A stretch of DNA of 38,376 nucleotides, from NCBI GenBank assembly GCA_036230365.1, contig JAZAJI010000016.1, positions 1 to 38,376 on the forward strand, read 5' to 3'. A program made the translations under genes and the position numbers. Every line of letters starts with the position of its first letter. Position 1 is the first letter of the stretch. The notes below the pieces were generated by a model. The model had not been told where the DNA came from. It was given only the letters and a program-made list of their open reading frames with translations, and made no database searches. Below are positions 1-8,329 of this stretch, one piece after another. The DNA is from Pseudomonadota bacterium. GTDB lineage: Bacteria > Pseudomonadota > Alphaproteobacteria > MED-G09.

Positions 1-117
1 CTTTCGCATATAGCTGAAAACAGAAATATTTTTTCAAAAGGGGCCTTAAGAGCAGCAGAATGGGGTGTAGAGCAAGAACCAGGACTCTTCTCAATGATTG
101 ATGTTTTGGGGTTTTAA
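1..117 (+). CDS. dapB: 4-hydroxy-tetrahydrodipicolinate reductase, 3' end only (5' end off-window)
   Basis: Frame 1 is open from the window edge to TAA at 115-117. It translates as [38 protein letters not shown], which aligns with the DapB C-terminus (E. coli ...ANGAVRSALWL..GLFDMRDVL). It is missing from the ORF track because it has no start codon in the window. Confidence 0.75.
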   Translation, partial: LSHIAENRNIFSKGALRAAEWGVEQEPGLFSMIDVLGF

Positions 118-127
118 GGAGATCAAA

Positions 128-739
128 TTGTCTGTTTTATCATTAGTAAGACATGGTCAGAGTGAGTGGAATGAAAAAAATTTGTTTACTGGCTGGGAAA
201 ATCCTGGCCTAACCATCAAAGGAAAGGAGGAAGCAAAATATGCAGGCTCTATTCTTTCAGAATTAAATATAACTTATGATTGTTTCTACACCTCAGTTTT
301 AGACAGAGCAATTTTAACTGCAGAAATTATTATTAATGTGATGGGTATTAAAGATTTTGATTTAATTAAAGCTAAAGATTTAAATGAAAGAGATTATGGT
401 GATTTAACTGGTCTTAATAAAGATGACGCTAGAAAAAAGTGGGGCGATGATCAAGTTCATACATGGAGAAGATCTTTTGATACCAAGCCCCCAAACGGCG
501 AAAGCTTAAAAGATACAGCTGATAGGGTGATACCTTATTACCAGGCTGAAATTTTAACTAAGCTAAAAGAAGATAAAAATATTTTAATAAGCGCACACGG
601 GAATTCATTGAGGGCATTAATAATGCATATTGAAAAACTATCCCCCAATGAAATTTTAAAAAGGGAAATTGGAACCGGAAAACCTATTGTTTATAATTTT
701 AATGTTTCCAAAGAAACCTTTTCTCTAGAGCATGAATAA
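128..739 (+). CDS. gpmA: 2,3-bisphosphoglycerate-dependent phosphoglycerate mutase (short alphaproteobacterial form)
   Basis: Carries the histidine-phosphatase motifs LVRHGQSEWN and SAHGNSLRAL. The ORF track starts at 98, but TTG at 128 lies 6 nt after AAGGAG (116-121, overlapping the dapB stop) and gives the usual N-terminus just before RHG. The start choice is inferred. Confidence 0.88.
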   Translation: MSVLSLVRHGQSEWNEKNLFTGWENPGLTIKGKEEAKYAGSILSELNITYDCFYTSVLDRAILTAEIIINVMGIKDFDLIKAKDLNERDYGDLTGLNKDDARKKWGDDQVHTWRRSFDTKPPNGESLKDTADRVIPYYQAEILTKLKEDKNILISAHGNSLRALIMHIEKLSPNEILKREIGTGKPIVYNFNVSKETFSLEHE

Positions 740-1385
740 ATCTCAAAGAATAAAGATAATTTCTAATATACTTAATAAGCATTATAAGACGACACCAGTG
801 CCGCTTAACCACAAAGATCCTTTTACTTTATTAATCGCCGTCTTGTTATCTGCACAATGTACAGATGAGAGAGTAAATAAAGTTACACCAATCCTTTTCT
901 CTAAAGCAGATACTCCAAAAAAAATGATAAATCTATCTGAAAAGGAGATATATAAAATAATTAAACCGTGTGGATTGGGTCCTCAAAAATCAAAAGCAAT
1001 TTTAGGTCTATCTAAAATATTAATAAAGAATTACAAAGGGAGGGTTCCCAAAGACCTTGAAAAGCTTGAGAAATTACCAGGTGTTGGCCATAAAACTGCA
1101 TCTGTTGTATCCAACCAGGCTTTTGGAATACCAACTTTCCCAGTTGACACACATATTCATAGGCTTTCTCAACGTTGGGGCCTTACAAAAGGAAAAAATG
1201 TTTTACAAACCGAAAAAGACCTTAAAAATTCTTTTCCCAAAGTTAAATGGGGCAAGCTTCATTTGCAAATGATTTACTGGGGAAGAGAATTTTGTACGGC
1301 AAGGGCTTGCTGGGGGCTAGAGTGTAAAATTTGCAAATCCTGTTACCCAAAAAGGAAAAAAAAATTTATACATAAAAAACCTTAA
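732..1385 (+). CDS. nth: Endonuclease III (DNA-(apurinic or apyrimidinic site) lyase)
   Basis: Has the HhH-GPD motifs LPGVGHKTASVV (catalytic Lys) and VDTHIHR (catalytic Asp), plus a C-terminal Cys cluster. It overlaps gpmA by 8 nt. Confidence 0.92.
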   Translation: MNKSQRIKIISNILNKHYKTTPVPLNHKDPFTLLIAVLLSAQCTDERVNKVTPILFSKADTPKKMINLSEKEIYKIIKPCGLGPQKSKAILGLSKILIKNYKGRVPKDLEKLEKLPGVGHKTASVVSNQAFGIPTFPVDTHIHRLSQRWGLTKGKNVLQTEKDLKNSFPKVKWGKLHLQMIYWGREFCTARACWGLECKICKSCYPKRKKKFIHKKP

Positions 1386-1388
1386 TTA

Positions 1389-2525
1389 TTAAACGCTAAA
1401 TAGATTTTTTAGTTTTGTAATATAACTTTCTGAATCAGGGTTGTTATTTTTTGAGGCTTCATTTTGGAATTCCTTTAATAATGTCCTCTGTTTCTTATTC
1501 AAATTTTTTGGAACTTCAACATGAATTTCAACAAATAAATCGCCATATCTTTTTGATTGCAGAACAGGCATGCCTTTTCCTTTTAATCTAAACTGCCTTT
1601 GATTTTGGCATCCTTCAGGAACTGTTATTCTAAGCTTTTTCCCATCTGGTGAAGGTACATCAATATCGCCCCCAAGTGCAGCAGATATAAAATCTATAGG
1701 AACTTCACATAAAAGATCTGAATCTTTTCTTTTAAAAAACTCATTAGGTTCTACAGAAATAAAAACATAAAGATCACCTGCTGGGCCTCCGTTTTCACCC
1801 GCCTCTCCTTCACCGCCTAATCTAATCCTTGTTCCATCATCAACGCCTTGAGGAATATTAACTGATAATTTTCTTTTCTTTCTAACTCGGCCAGTACCCC
1901 TGCAGGGTTGACAAGGATTTTTAATTATTGAACCTTTTCCTGAGCAAGAAACACAAGTACGTTCAAGTGTAAAAAACCCCTGTTGAGTTCTAACTTTTCC
2001 TGATCCGCCACAATTTCCACATGTTGCTCTATCTGAACCCTTTGATGCGCCTGTTCCATTACAACCTTCACAAGACTGATTTGCATCAATATTTAAATCT
2101 CTAGAGGTACCAAAGTAAGCGTCTTTGAGAGAAATATTCATTTCTGCACGTAAATCCGAACCTCTTGTCTGTCTTTGGGCTCGTGATTGTCCTGATCCTC
2201 TTCTTCCAGTAAATTCACCAAATAAATCTTCAAATATATCTGACATTGATCCAGAAAAATTTGTATTGAATCCGCCAAATCCACTGCCACCCATTCCGCC
2301 CTCTGATGCTGCATGTCCGAATTGGTCATATGCTGAACGACTTTGAGGATCTTTTAAGGTTTCGTAAGCTTCATTTATTTCTTTAAATCGGGTTTCAGCC
2401 GCTTGGTCATTTGGATTTTTGTCTGGATGATTATCTTTCGCAAGATTCCTGAAGGCTTTCTTTATTTCGCCATCTGAAGCGTTTTTTTGAACGCCGAGCA
2501 CTTCATAATAATCTCTTTTTGACAT
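1389..2525 (-). CDS. dnaJ: Chaperone DnaJ (Hsp40)
   Basis: J-domain with HPDKN, a G/F-rich linker, and four CxxCxGxG zinc-finger repeats (CEGCNGTG, CGNCGGSG, CVSCSGKG, CQPCRGTG). Confidence 0.97.
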   Translation of the reverse strand: MSKRDYYEVLGVQKNASDGEIKKAFRNLAKDNHPDKNPNDQAAETRFKEINEAYETLKDPQSRSAYDQFGHAASEGGMGGSGFGGFNTNFSGSMSDIFEDLFGEFTGRRGSGQSRAQRQTRGSDLRAEMNISLKDAYFGTSRDLNIDANQSCEGCNGTGASKGSDRATCGNCGGSGKVRTQQGFFTLERTCVSCSGKGSIIKNPCQPCRGTGRVRKKRKLSVNIPQGVDDGTRIRLGGEGEAGENGGPAGDLYVFISVEPNEFFKRKDSDLLCEVPIDFISAALGGDIDVPSPDGKKLRITVPEGCQNQRQFRLKGKGMPVLQSKRYGDLFVEIHVEVPKNLNKKQRTLLKEFQNEASKNNNPDSESYITKLKNLFSV

Positions 2526-2537
2526 CCTAAACTACTA

Positions 2538-4457
2538 TTAGTTTGATGCTTCTTCTTTATCTTCTTTAACTTCTTCGTAATCTGCGTCAACAACATCTTC
2601 CTTAGAACCATCTTCTGCCGCCTCAGAAGCATCATCTTGAGCTCCGCCTTCTTGTTCTTGTTGATAAAGTTTTTCACCAATTTTCATAGCCTCTTGTGAC
2701 AGTGCAGCACTCTTTTCTTGAATTACAGTTAAATCATCACTATCAATAACTTCTTTTAAATCTGAAATTGCATTCTCGACAGCGCCTTTTTCATCTTCAG
2801 AAAGTTTATCACCAGCATCTTTCACTCCTTTTTCTGCAGAATGTATTAAGGCTTCCCCTTGGTTTTTTGCCTCAACCAGTTCTCTCTTTTGTTTATCTTC
2901 TTCGGCATTTGATTCAGCTTCTTTTATCATTGTTTCAATTTCGTCATCACTTAAACCGCCGGAAGCTTCAATTGTAATTTTTTGCTCTTTCCCTGTTGCC
3001 TTATCTGTTGCTGAAACCGCAACTATCCCATTTGCGTCGATATCAAAAGCAACATCAATTTGTGGTATTCCCCTTGGAGCAGGAGCAATTCCTTCAAGAT
3101 TAAAAGAACCAAGAAGTTTATTATCCGACGCCATCTCTCTTTCGCCCTGGAAAACTCTTATTGTAACTGCAGATTGGTTATCTTCTGCGGTTGAAAATAC
3201 TTGAGATTTTTTTGTAGGTATTGTGGTGTTTTTATCTATTAACCTAGTAAACACACCGCCAAGAGTTTCAATTCCAAGTGAAAGCGGCGTTACATCCAAT
3301 AATAATACATCTTTAACATCACCTTGAAGAACTCCAGCCTGAATTGCAGCCCCCATTGCGACAACTTCATCGGGATTGACAGACATGTTTGGTTCTTTGC
3401 CAAAAAATTCTTTTACTGTTTCCCTTATTTTGGGCATTCTGGTTTGTCCGCCAACTAAAACAATTTCATCTATTTCTGCAGCTTTAATTCCAGCATCCTT
3501 TAGAGCCTCTTTGCAAGGCGATATTGTTTTTTGAACAAGATCCTCAACTAAACTTTCCAATTTCGCTCTTGTTAATTTTAGAGTTAAGTGTTTAGGCCCG
3601 CTTTGATCTGCCGTTATAAAGGGAAGATTAACTTCCGTCTGAGATGACGAAGACAATTCAATTTTTGCTTTTTCAGCAGCCTCCTTCAATCTTTGAAGTG
3701 CAAGCTTGTCGCTTCTAAGATCAACACTATTATCTTTTTTAAATTCATCAGCTAGATAATTCACCAAAACAGTATCAAAATCTTCACCGCCTAAAAAAGT
3801 ATCGCCATTTGTCGATTTAACTTCAAATACACCATCCCCGATTTCGAGTATTGATATATCAAAAGTTCCTCCACCAAGGTCATAAACGGCAATCATTTTA
3901 CCTTCTTTTTTTTCTAGCCCATAGGAAAGTGCGGCAGCCGTAGGTTCGTTGATAATTCTTAGAACCTCTAATCCTGCAATTTTCCCTGCATCTTTAGTTG
4001 CTTGCCTTTGTGCATCATTAAAATAAGCAGGAACAGTTATAACTGCTTGTTCAACTTTTTCTCCAAGATAATCCTCAGCAGTCTCCTTCATTTTTTGTAA
4101 GATGAAGGCTGAAATCTGAGCGGGAGAATATTCCTCATCAATAGCCTTCACATACGCATCGCCATTTTTACCTTTGGTTATTGTAAAAGGAACCATTTCA
4201 ATATCTTTTTTAGTTGCGGGATCATTAAAAGGTCTGCCAATTAATCTCTTAATAGCAAAGAGAGTGTTTTCTGGGTTTGTCACAGCCTGACGTTTTGCAG
4301 GTTGGCCAATTAAGCGAGTATTTTCTGCATCAAAAGAAACCATAGAAGGTGTAGTTCTGGCGCCTTCAGAGTTTTCAATCACTTTGGGTTGCGTCCCATC
4401 CATAATGGAAACACAACTATTGGTTGTTCCTAAATCAATTCCTATAACTCTTCCCAT
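2538..4457 (-). CDS. dnaK: Chaperone DnaK (Hsp70)
   Basis: Hsp70 signatures [17 protein letters not shown] and [11 protein letters not shown] strong SD (AAGGAGG) lies upstream of the ATG at 4457. Confidence 0.99.
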   Translation of the reverse strand: MGRVIGIDLGTTNSCVSIMDGTQPKVIENSEGARTTPSMVSFDAENTRLIGQPAKRQAVTNPENTLFAIKRLIGRPFNDPATKKDIEMVPFTITKGKNGDAYVKAIDEEYSPAQISAFILQKMKETAEDYLGEKVEQAVITVPAYFNDAQRQATKDAGKIAGLEVLRIINEPTAAALSYGLEKKEGKMIAVYDLGGGTFDISILEIGDGVFEVKSTNGDTFLGGEDFDTVLVNYLADEFKKDNSVDLRSDKLALQRLKEAAEKAKIELSSSSQTEVNLPFITADQSGPKHLTLKLTRAKLESLVEDLVQKTISPCKEALKDAGIKAAEIDEIVLVGGQTRMPKIRETVKEFFGKEPNMSVNPDEVVAMGAAIQAGVLQGDVKDVLLLDVTPLSLGIETLGGVFTRLIDKNTTIPTKKSQVFSTAEDNQSAVTIRVFQGEREMASDNKLLGSFNLEGIAPAPRGIPQIDVAFDIDANGIVAVSATDKATGKEQKITIEASGGLSDDEIETMIKEAESNAEEDKQKRELVEAKNQGEALIHSAEKGVKDAGDKLSEDEKGAVENAISDLKEVIDSDDLTVIQEKSAALSQEAMKIGEKLYQQEQEGGAQDDASEAAEDGSKEDVVDADYEEVKEDKEEASN

Positions 4458-4500
4458 ATCTAAACCTCCTTAAAGATCGAAGAAATAATTAATGAAACTG

Positions 4501-4528
4501 ATATGGGTATTAATTTCTTGATTACAAG
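4501..4528 (-). promoter_or_regulatory. Putative sigma-32 (RpoH) heat-shock promoter for dnaK-dnaJ
   Basis: The minus strand reads CTTGTAA (4528-4522), a 13-nt spacer, then ACCCATAT (4508-4501). The E. coli sigma-32 consensus is CTTGAAA-N13-15-CCCCATNT. The site is about 43 nt upstream of the dnaK ATG, inside the 88-nt grpE-dnaK spacer. Confidence 0.5.
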
Positions 4529-4545
4529 AGCTTAATTTTGATTTA

Positions 4546-5118
4546 TTAAACTTTTTTTGATGCAACGCCAACCTTTGCAGGACGTAAAAGTCTTTTTTCA
4601 AGGATATAACCCTGTTCAACTACTTCAAGGATTATTCCTGGATTTGCATCTTCAGAGGGAATTTCAAACATAGCTTCATGAAAATTAGGATCAAATTTTT
4701 CGCCCTCAGGGTTAATGGTCTCTACTCCGGTTTTTTCAAGTAACGATTCAAAGTCACGTAAGATTGCATTAATTCCATCTATAAAACCATCAGAATCAGA
4801 ATTTTTATCACTAGTAAATGAACCCAAAGCCCTTTTAAGGTTGTCAGTTATAGGAAGCATCTCTTTGATAAAAATTGATGCCCCTATTTTGTAGGCTTCA
4901 GACCTTTCTTTGTCAGATCTTTTTCTAATATTATCCATCTCAGCAACAGTACGAAGAAGTTTATCTTCCAGCTCTTTAATTTTATCTTCAGGACTTAAAT
5001 CCTTAATATTATCACTATCTTCATTGGTATCTTCTTGGGTGTCATTTTCATTATTTTCTAAAACACCGTTCTTCTGATCTAACTCACTCTTTTCTTGGCT
5101 ATTTTCTTCTTCTTCCAC
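4546..5118 (-). CDS. grpE: Nucleotide exchange factor GrpE
   Basis: Acidic N-terminal tail, a coiled-coil region (LLRTVAEMDNIRKR) and a GrpE C-terminal beta-domain (HEAM...VVEQGYILEKRLLRPAKVGV). Confidence 0.93.
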   Translation of the reverse strand: MEEEENSQEKSELDQKNGVLENNENDTQEDTNEDSDNIKDLSPEDKIKELEDKLLRTVAEMDNIRKRSDKERSEAYKIGASIFIKEMLPITDNLKRALGSFTSDKNSDSDGFIDGINAILRDFESLLEKTGVETINPEGEKFDPNFHEAMFEIPSEDANPGIILEVVEQGYILEKRLLRPAKVGVASKKV

Positions 5119-5179
5119 TTGCTCTCTCCAAATAATGAAACCGTTTAATACTATTTATTTTTTATAGTAACAACAATAG

Positions 5180-5209
5180 ATATGTATGTTACAAAAGTTT
5201 AATTTCAAC
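5180..5209 (-). promoter_or_regulatory. Weak sigma-32-like or sigma-70-like promoter candidate for grpE
   Basis: The minus strand reads GTTGAAA (5209-5203), a 15-nt spacer, then ATACATAT (5187-5180). The -35 element is good, but the -10 element lacks the C-run of the sigma-32 consensus. It can equally be read as TTGAAA-N17-ACATAT. AT-rich context makes chance matches likely. Confidence 0.22.
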
Positions 5210-5235
5210 CCCTTTAATAAATGAAGAGTATTAAT

Positions 5236-5949
5236 ATGAGGCCATCACAAAGAAAACCAAATGAAATGAGAGAATTTTCTTTTGAACTTAATGTATCTAA
5301 ACATGCAGAAGGATCTTGCTTAGTTAAATTTGGTGATACACATGTTTTATGTACCGCATCAATTGAGAATAGAGTACCGCCTTGGCTAAGAAATTCTGGA
5401 TCTGGCTGGATAACTGCTGAATATGGGATGCTTCCCAGATCAACTGGTGAAAGAATGAGAAGAGAGTCTTCGATAGGAAAACAATCTGGAAGAACTCAGG
5501 AAATTCAAAGATTGATTGGAAGATCTTTAAGGGCTGTAACAGATTTATCTATGTTAGGAGAAAATCAAATAAGTATTGATTGTGATGTAATACAAGCTGA
5601 TGGAGGTACGCGTACTGCTTCTATTTCAGGAGCCTTTGTTGCCCTGAAGCAATCGGTTGATTTTCTATTAAAATCACAAGAAATAAAAAAAGACCCTATA
5701 AGAGATTTTGTAGGGGCAGTTTCTTGTGGAATATATAAAGAAAAAGCAATCTTAGATCTAGATTATAAAGAAGATTCGGGAGCAGCGGCAGATTCAAATT
5801 TTGTTATGACAGATAAAGGTAGAATAATTGAAATTCAGGCTACTGCAGAACAATTTCCTTTTTCAGAAAAGATTTTTTTAGACTTAATGTCATTAGCCAA
5901 AGATGGTGTTAAAGAGATAATCGATAAACAGAAGGAATTATTTAGATAA
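5236..5949 (+). CDS. rph: Ribonuclease PH
   Basis: Colinear with E. coli Rph from MRPxxR onward ([47 protein letters not shown]). The ORF track starts at 5221, but ATG at 5236 reproduces the canonical N-terminus. Confidence 0.95.
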   Translation: MRPSQRKPNEMREFSFELNVSKHAEGSCLVKFGDTHVLCTASIENRVPPWLRNSGSGWITAEYGMLPRSTGERMRRESSIGKQSGRTQEIQRLIGRSLRAVTDLSMLGENQISIDCDVIQADGGTRTASISGAFVALKQSVDFLLKSQEIKKDPIRDFVGAVSCGIYKEKAILDLDYKEDSGAAADSNFVMTDKGRIIEIQATAEQFPFSEKIFLDLMSLAKDGVKEIIDKQKELFR

Positions 5950-5959
5950 TTCTCGAATT

Positions 5960-6568
5960 ATGTCATTAAAAATTTTTGGTAAAAAAATTATTATCGCAAG
6001 TCACAATCTAGGTAAAATTTCAGAATTTCGTGATTTGTTTATAGGATATGATATTGATCTTACCTCATCAGTAGATTTTAATATTCCCGAACCAGAAGAG
6101 AATGGCAGCACTTTTTCTGAGAACGCTTTGATAAAAGCTAAGGAAACAATGTTATCCACTGGCTATATTTCTTTGTCAGATGATTCTGGTATTTGTGTAG
6201 AGGCACTTAATGGGGACCCTGGAATTTATTCTGCTAGATGGGCAGGAGATGATAGAAATTTTTCTAAGGCAATGAATCTTATAAAAAATAATCTTGATAA
6301 ACTAGGAATTGATAACTCAAGAGCTAATTTCACATGTTCATTGGCTATAGTTTGGCCAAATGGAGACCACAGGGTTTATGAAGGAAATGTTTATGGGAGC
6401 TTATCATTCCCGCCAAAAGGAAAAAATGGATTTGGTTATGATCCTATATTTGTTCCTGATGGACATAGGCTTACATTTGGCGAAATGGACCCAGACTTTA
6501 AGCATTCTATTTCTCATAGAGCAGAAGCTTTTAATCTTCTAAAGTCGGAGTTGCTTAATGACAAGTAG
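5960..6568 (+). CDS. rdgB: Non-canonical purine NTP (dITP/XTP) pyrophosphatase
   Basis: Ham1/RdgB family motifs IIIASHNLGK, SDDSG and GFGYDPIF. The conserved rph-rdgB adjacency supports the call. Confidence 0.92.
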   Translation: MSLKIFGKKIIIASHNLGKISEFRDLFIGYDIDLTSSVDFNIPEPEENGSTFSENALIKAKETMLSTGYISLSDDSGICVEALNGDPGIYSARWAGDDRNFSKAMNLIKNNLDKLGIDNSRANFTCSLAIVWPNGDHRVYEGNVYGSLSFPPKGKNGFGYDPIFVPDGHRLTFGEMDPDFKHSISHRAEAFNLLKSELLNDK

Positions 6569-7403
6569 AGAGGAATTAAAGCCCGGTATCTATATTGTAT
6601 CTTTACCAATTGGGAATTCAAAAGATATCACTATTAGGGCAATTGAAACACTTGAAGATGTTGATGAAATTTACTGTGAAGACACAAGAGTAACTCGCAA
6701 AATCTTATCGATATATAAAATTAAAAAAACTTTGAATGTTTACCATGATCATAATGGAGAAAAGATCAGGCCTAGAATTATAAGTAAGATTAAAAATGGA
6801 AAAAGCATAGGAATAGTTTCTGATGCTGGGACCCCTTTAATTTCTGATCCCGGTTATAAATTAATCGCTTTAGCAAAAAAGGAGGGTTTATATATTTCGG
6901 CAAGTCCTGGTGTTTCTGCGCCAATAACAGCGCTTACTTTATCTGGAGCGCCTACAGACAGTTTTTATTTTCTAGGATTTTTGCCTACAAAAAAGAAATC
7001 TAGAGAGCAAATATTAAATGATATTAATCCTTTAAAAACGAGCATTATTCTTTTTGAATCAACAAAAAAGATTAATAAAACTTTAGAAGATATTCATAGA
7101 ATCTTAGGCGATAGAAATATATCTATTTGTAGAGAAATGACAAAAAAGTTTGAAGAAATTATCACAGGTAGGGTTACTGAGATAATAAATCTAATTAAAG
7201 AAAGCGAATTAAAGGGAGAGGTATCTTTAGTAATATTTGCTGATAAAGATAAAGAAATATCAAATTTTAATATTGAAGAGATTATTCAGGGCTATAATAA
7301 AGAATATTCACCAACCATTTTAGCAAAAAAAATTGCTGATAATACAGGCATTCCAAAGAAAACTATTTATAATAAAATTATTAGTATGAAAAATAAGGAT
7401 TAA
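6558..7403 (+). CDS. rsmI: 16S rRNA (cytidine1402-2'-O)-methyltransferase
   Basis: Tetrapyrrole-methylase fold, with LYIVSLPIGN..DIT.RA...L and SDAGTPLISDPG. It overlaps rdgB by 11 nt. Confidence 0.88.
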   Translation: MTSREELKPGIYIVSLPIGNSKDITIRAIETLEDVDEIYCEDTRVTRKILSIYKIKKTLNVYHDHNGEKIRPRIISKIKNGKSIGIVSDAGTPLISDPGYKLIALAKKEGLYISASPGVSAPITALTLSGAPTDSFYFLGFLPTKKKSREQILNDINPLKTSIILFESTKKINKTLEDIHRILGDRNISICREMTKKFEEIITGRVTEIINLIKESELKGEVSLVIFADKDKEISNFNIEEIIQGYNKEYSPTILAKKIADNTGIPKKTIYNKIISMKNKD

Positions 7404-7406
7404 TAA

Positions 7407-8327
7407 ATGAAAATAGCCGTTCAAATGGATCATGTTAGTAAACTTGATATATCTGGAGATACTACTCTTGGCTTATGTTTAGAAGCACAGAATAGAGGAT
7501 ATAAAATTTTTCAATATTTACCCGAAAATATGGCTTTTGTTGATGGTCGCTTACAGGCTATTTGTGAAGAGATGGAGCTTAAAGACCAGGTCGGTAACTA
7601 TTTTAAATTAGGCAAACCTTTTACCGAAGATCTTAATAACTTTGATATTATTTTAATGAGACAAGAACCGCCTTTTGATATGAGTTATATAACATACACA
7701 CATCTCCTTGAGCATTTAAGTAATAAGGTGCGTATAATAAATAATCCTAAAAGTGTCAGAAATTCACCAGAAAAACTTTTAGTAACGCATTTTAATGATC
7801 TTATGCCCCCGACAATTATTTCAAAAAATATCCAAGAGATCACTTCCTTTGCTGAAGCACATAATAAAATTGTTTTAAAGCCTTTGTTTGGTAAAGGAGG
7901 TGACGGAATAATCCGTTTAGACTTTAAAGAAAGTAAATTTAATGAGAGCCTTAGTAGTTATTTAGCTAAAGGCATTGAACCTATTATGGCACAATCTTTT
8001 TTACCAATAGTAAAGAATGGCGATAAGAGAATTATTCTTCTTAAGGGAGAGCCCGTGGGTTGCTTAAATAGAATACCTCCAGAAGGTGATTTTAGATCAA
8101 ATCTTGGTGTTGGAGGAAAGCCCATTCTTGCAGATTTATCAGAAAGTGACAAAGAGATTTGTATTCGATTAAAGAAAGTATTGTTAGATTTAGATCTTTA
8201 TTTCGTGGGCATTGATGTTATCGGAGAGTATTTAACAGAAATAAATGTTACATGCCCAACAGGAATAAGGCAAATTAAAGAACTTGGCGGTTCAGATATA
8301 GCAAAAATGTTTTGGGATCAATTGTAA
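7407..8327 (+). CDS. gshB: Glutathione synthetase (ATP-grasp)
   Basis: Prokaryotic GshB layout: an N-terminal substrate domain (DTTL.L..EAQ.RG) and ATP-grasp motifs (VLKPLFGKGG, GDKRIILL.GEPVG, NLGVGG). Confidence 0.92.
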   Translation: MKIAVQMDHVSKLDISGDTTLGLCLEAQNRGYKIFQYLPENMAFVDGRLQAICEEMELKDQVGNYFKLGKPFTEDLNNFDIILMRQEPPFDMSYITYTHLLEHLSNKVRIINNPKSVRNSPEKLLVTHFNDLMPPTIISKNIQEITSFAEAHNKIVLKPLFGKGGDGIIRLDFKESKFNESLSSYLAKGIEPIMAQSFLPIVKNGDKRIILLKGEPVGCLNRIPPEGDFRSNLGVGGKPILADLSESDKEICIRLKKVLLDLDLYFVGIDVIGEYLTEINVTCPTGIRQIKELGGSDIAKMFWDQL

Positions 8328-8329
8328 TA

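Noticed and set aside
1057-1272. 71-aa + strand ORF inside nth in another frame. Similar embedded or antisense ORFs lie at 2125-2346, 2138-2329, 2462-2680, 2768-2977, 6360-6542, 7958-8152, 9660-9881, 11305-11517, 13236-13418, 15589-15774, 17495-17695, 17708-18031, 19546-19755, 20985-21275, 21789-22100, 27001-27207, 29905-30114, 34085-34270, 36003-36242 and 36677-36982.
   Set aside because: All lie wholly within, or antisense to, strongly supported housekeeping genes. Their products are low-complexity or motif-free, and none has an evident RBS. I treat them as frame artefacts.
4458-5235. Search for a CIRCE (HrcA operator) inverted repeat upstream of dnaK and grpE.
   Set aside because: Neither spacer contains anything resembling TTAGCACTC-N9-GAGTGCTAA. 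I report the absence rather than a feature.
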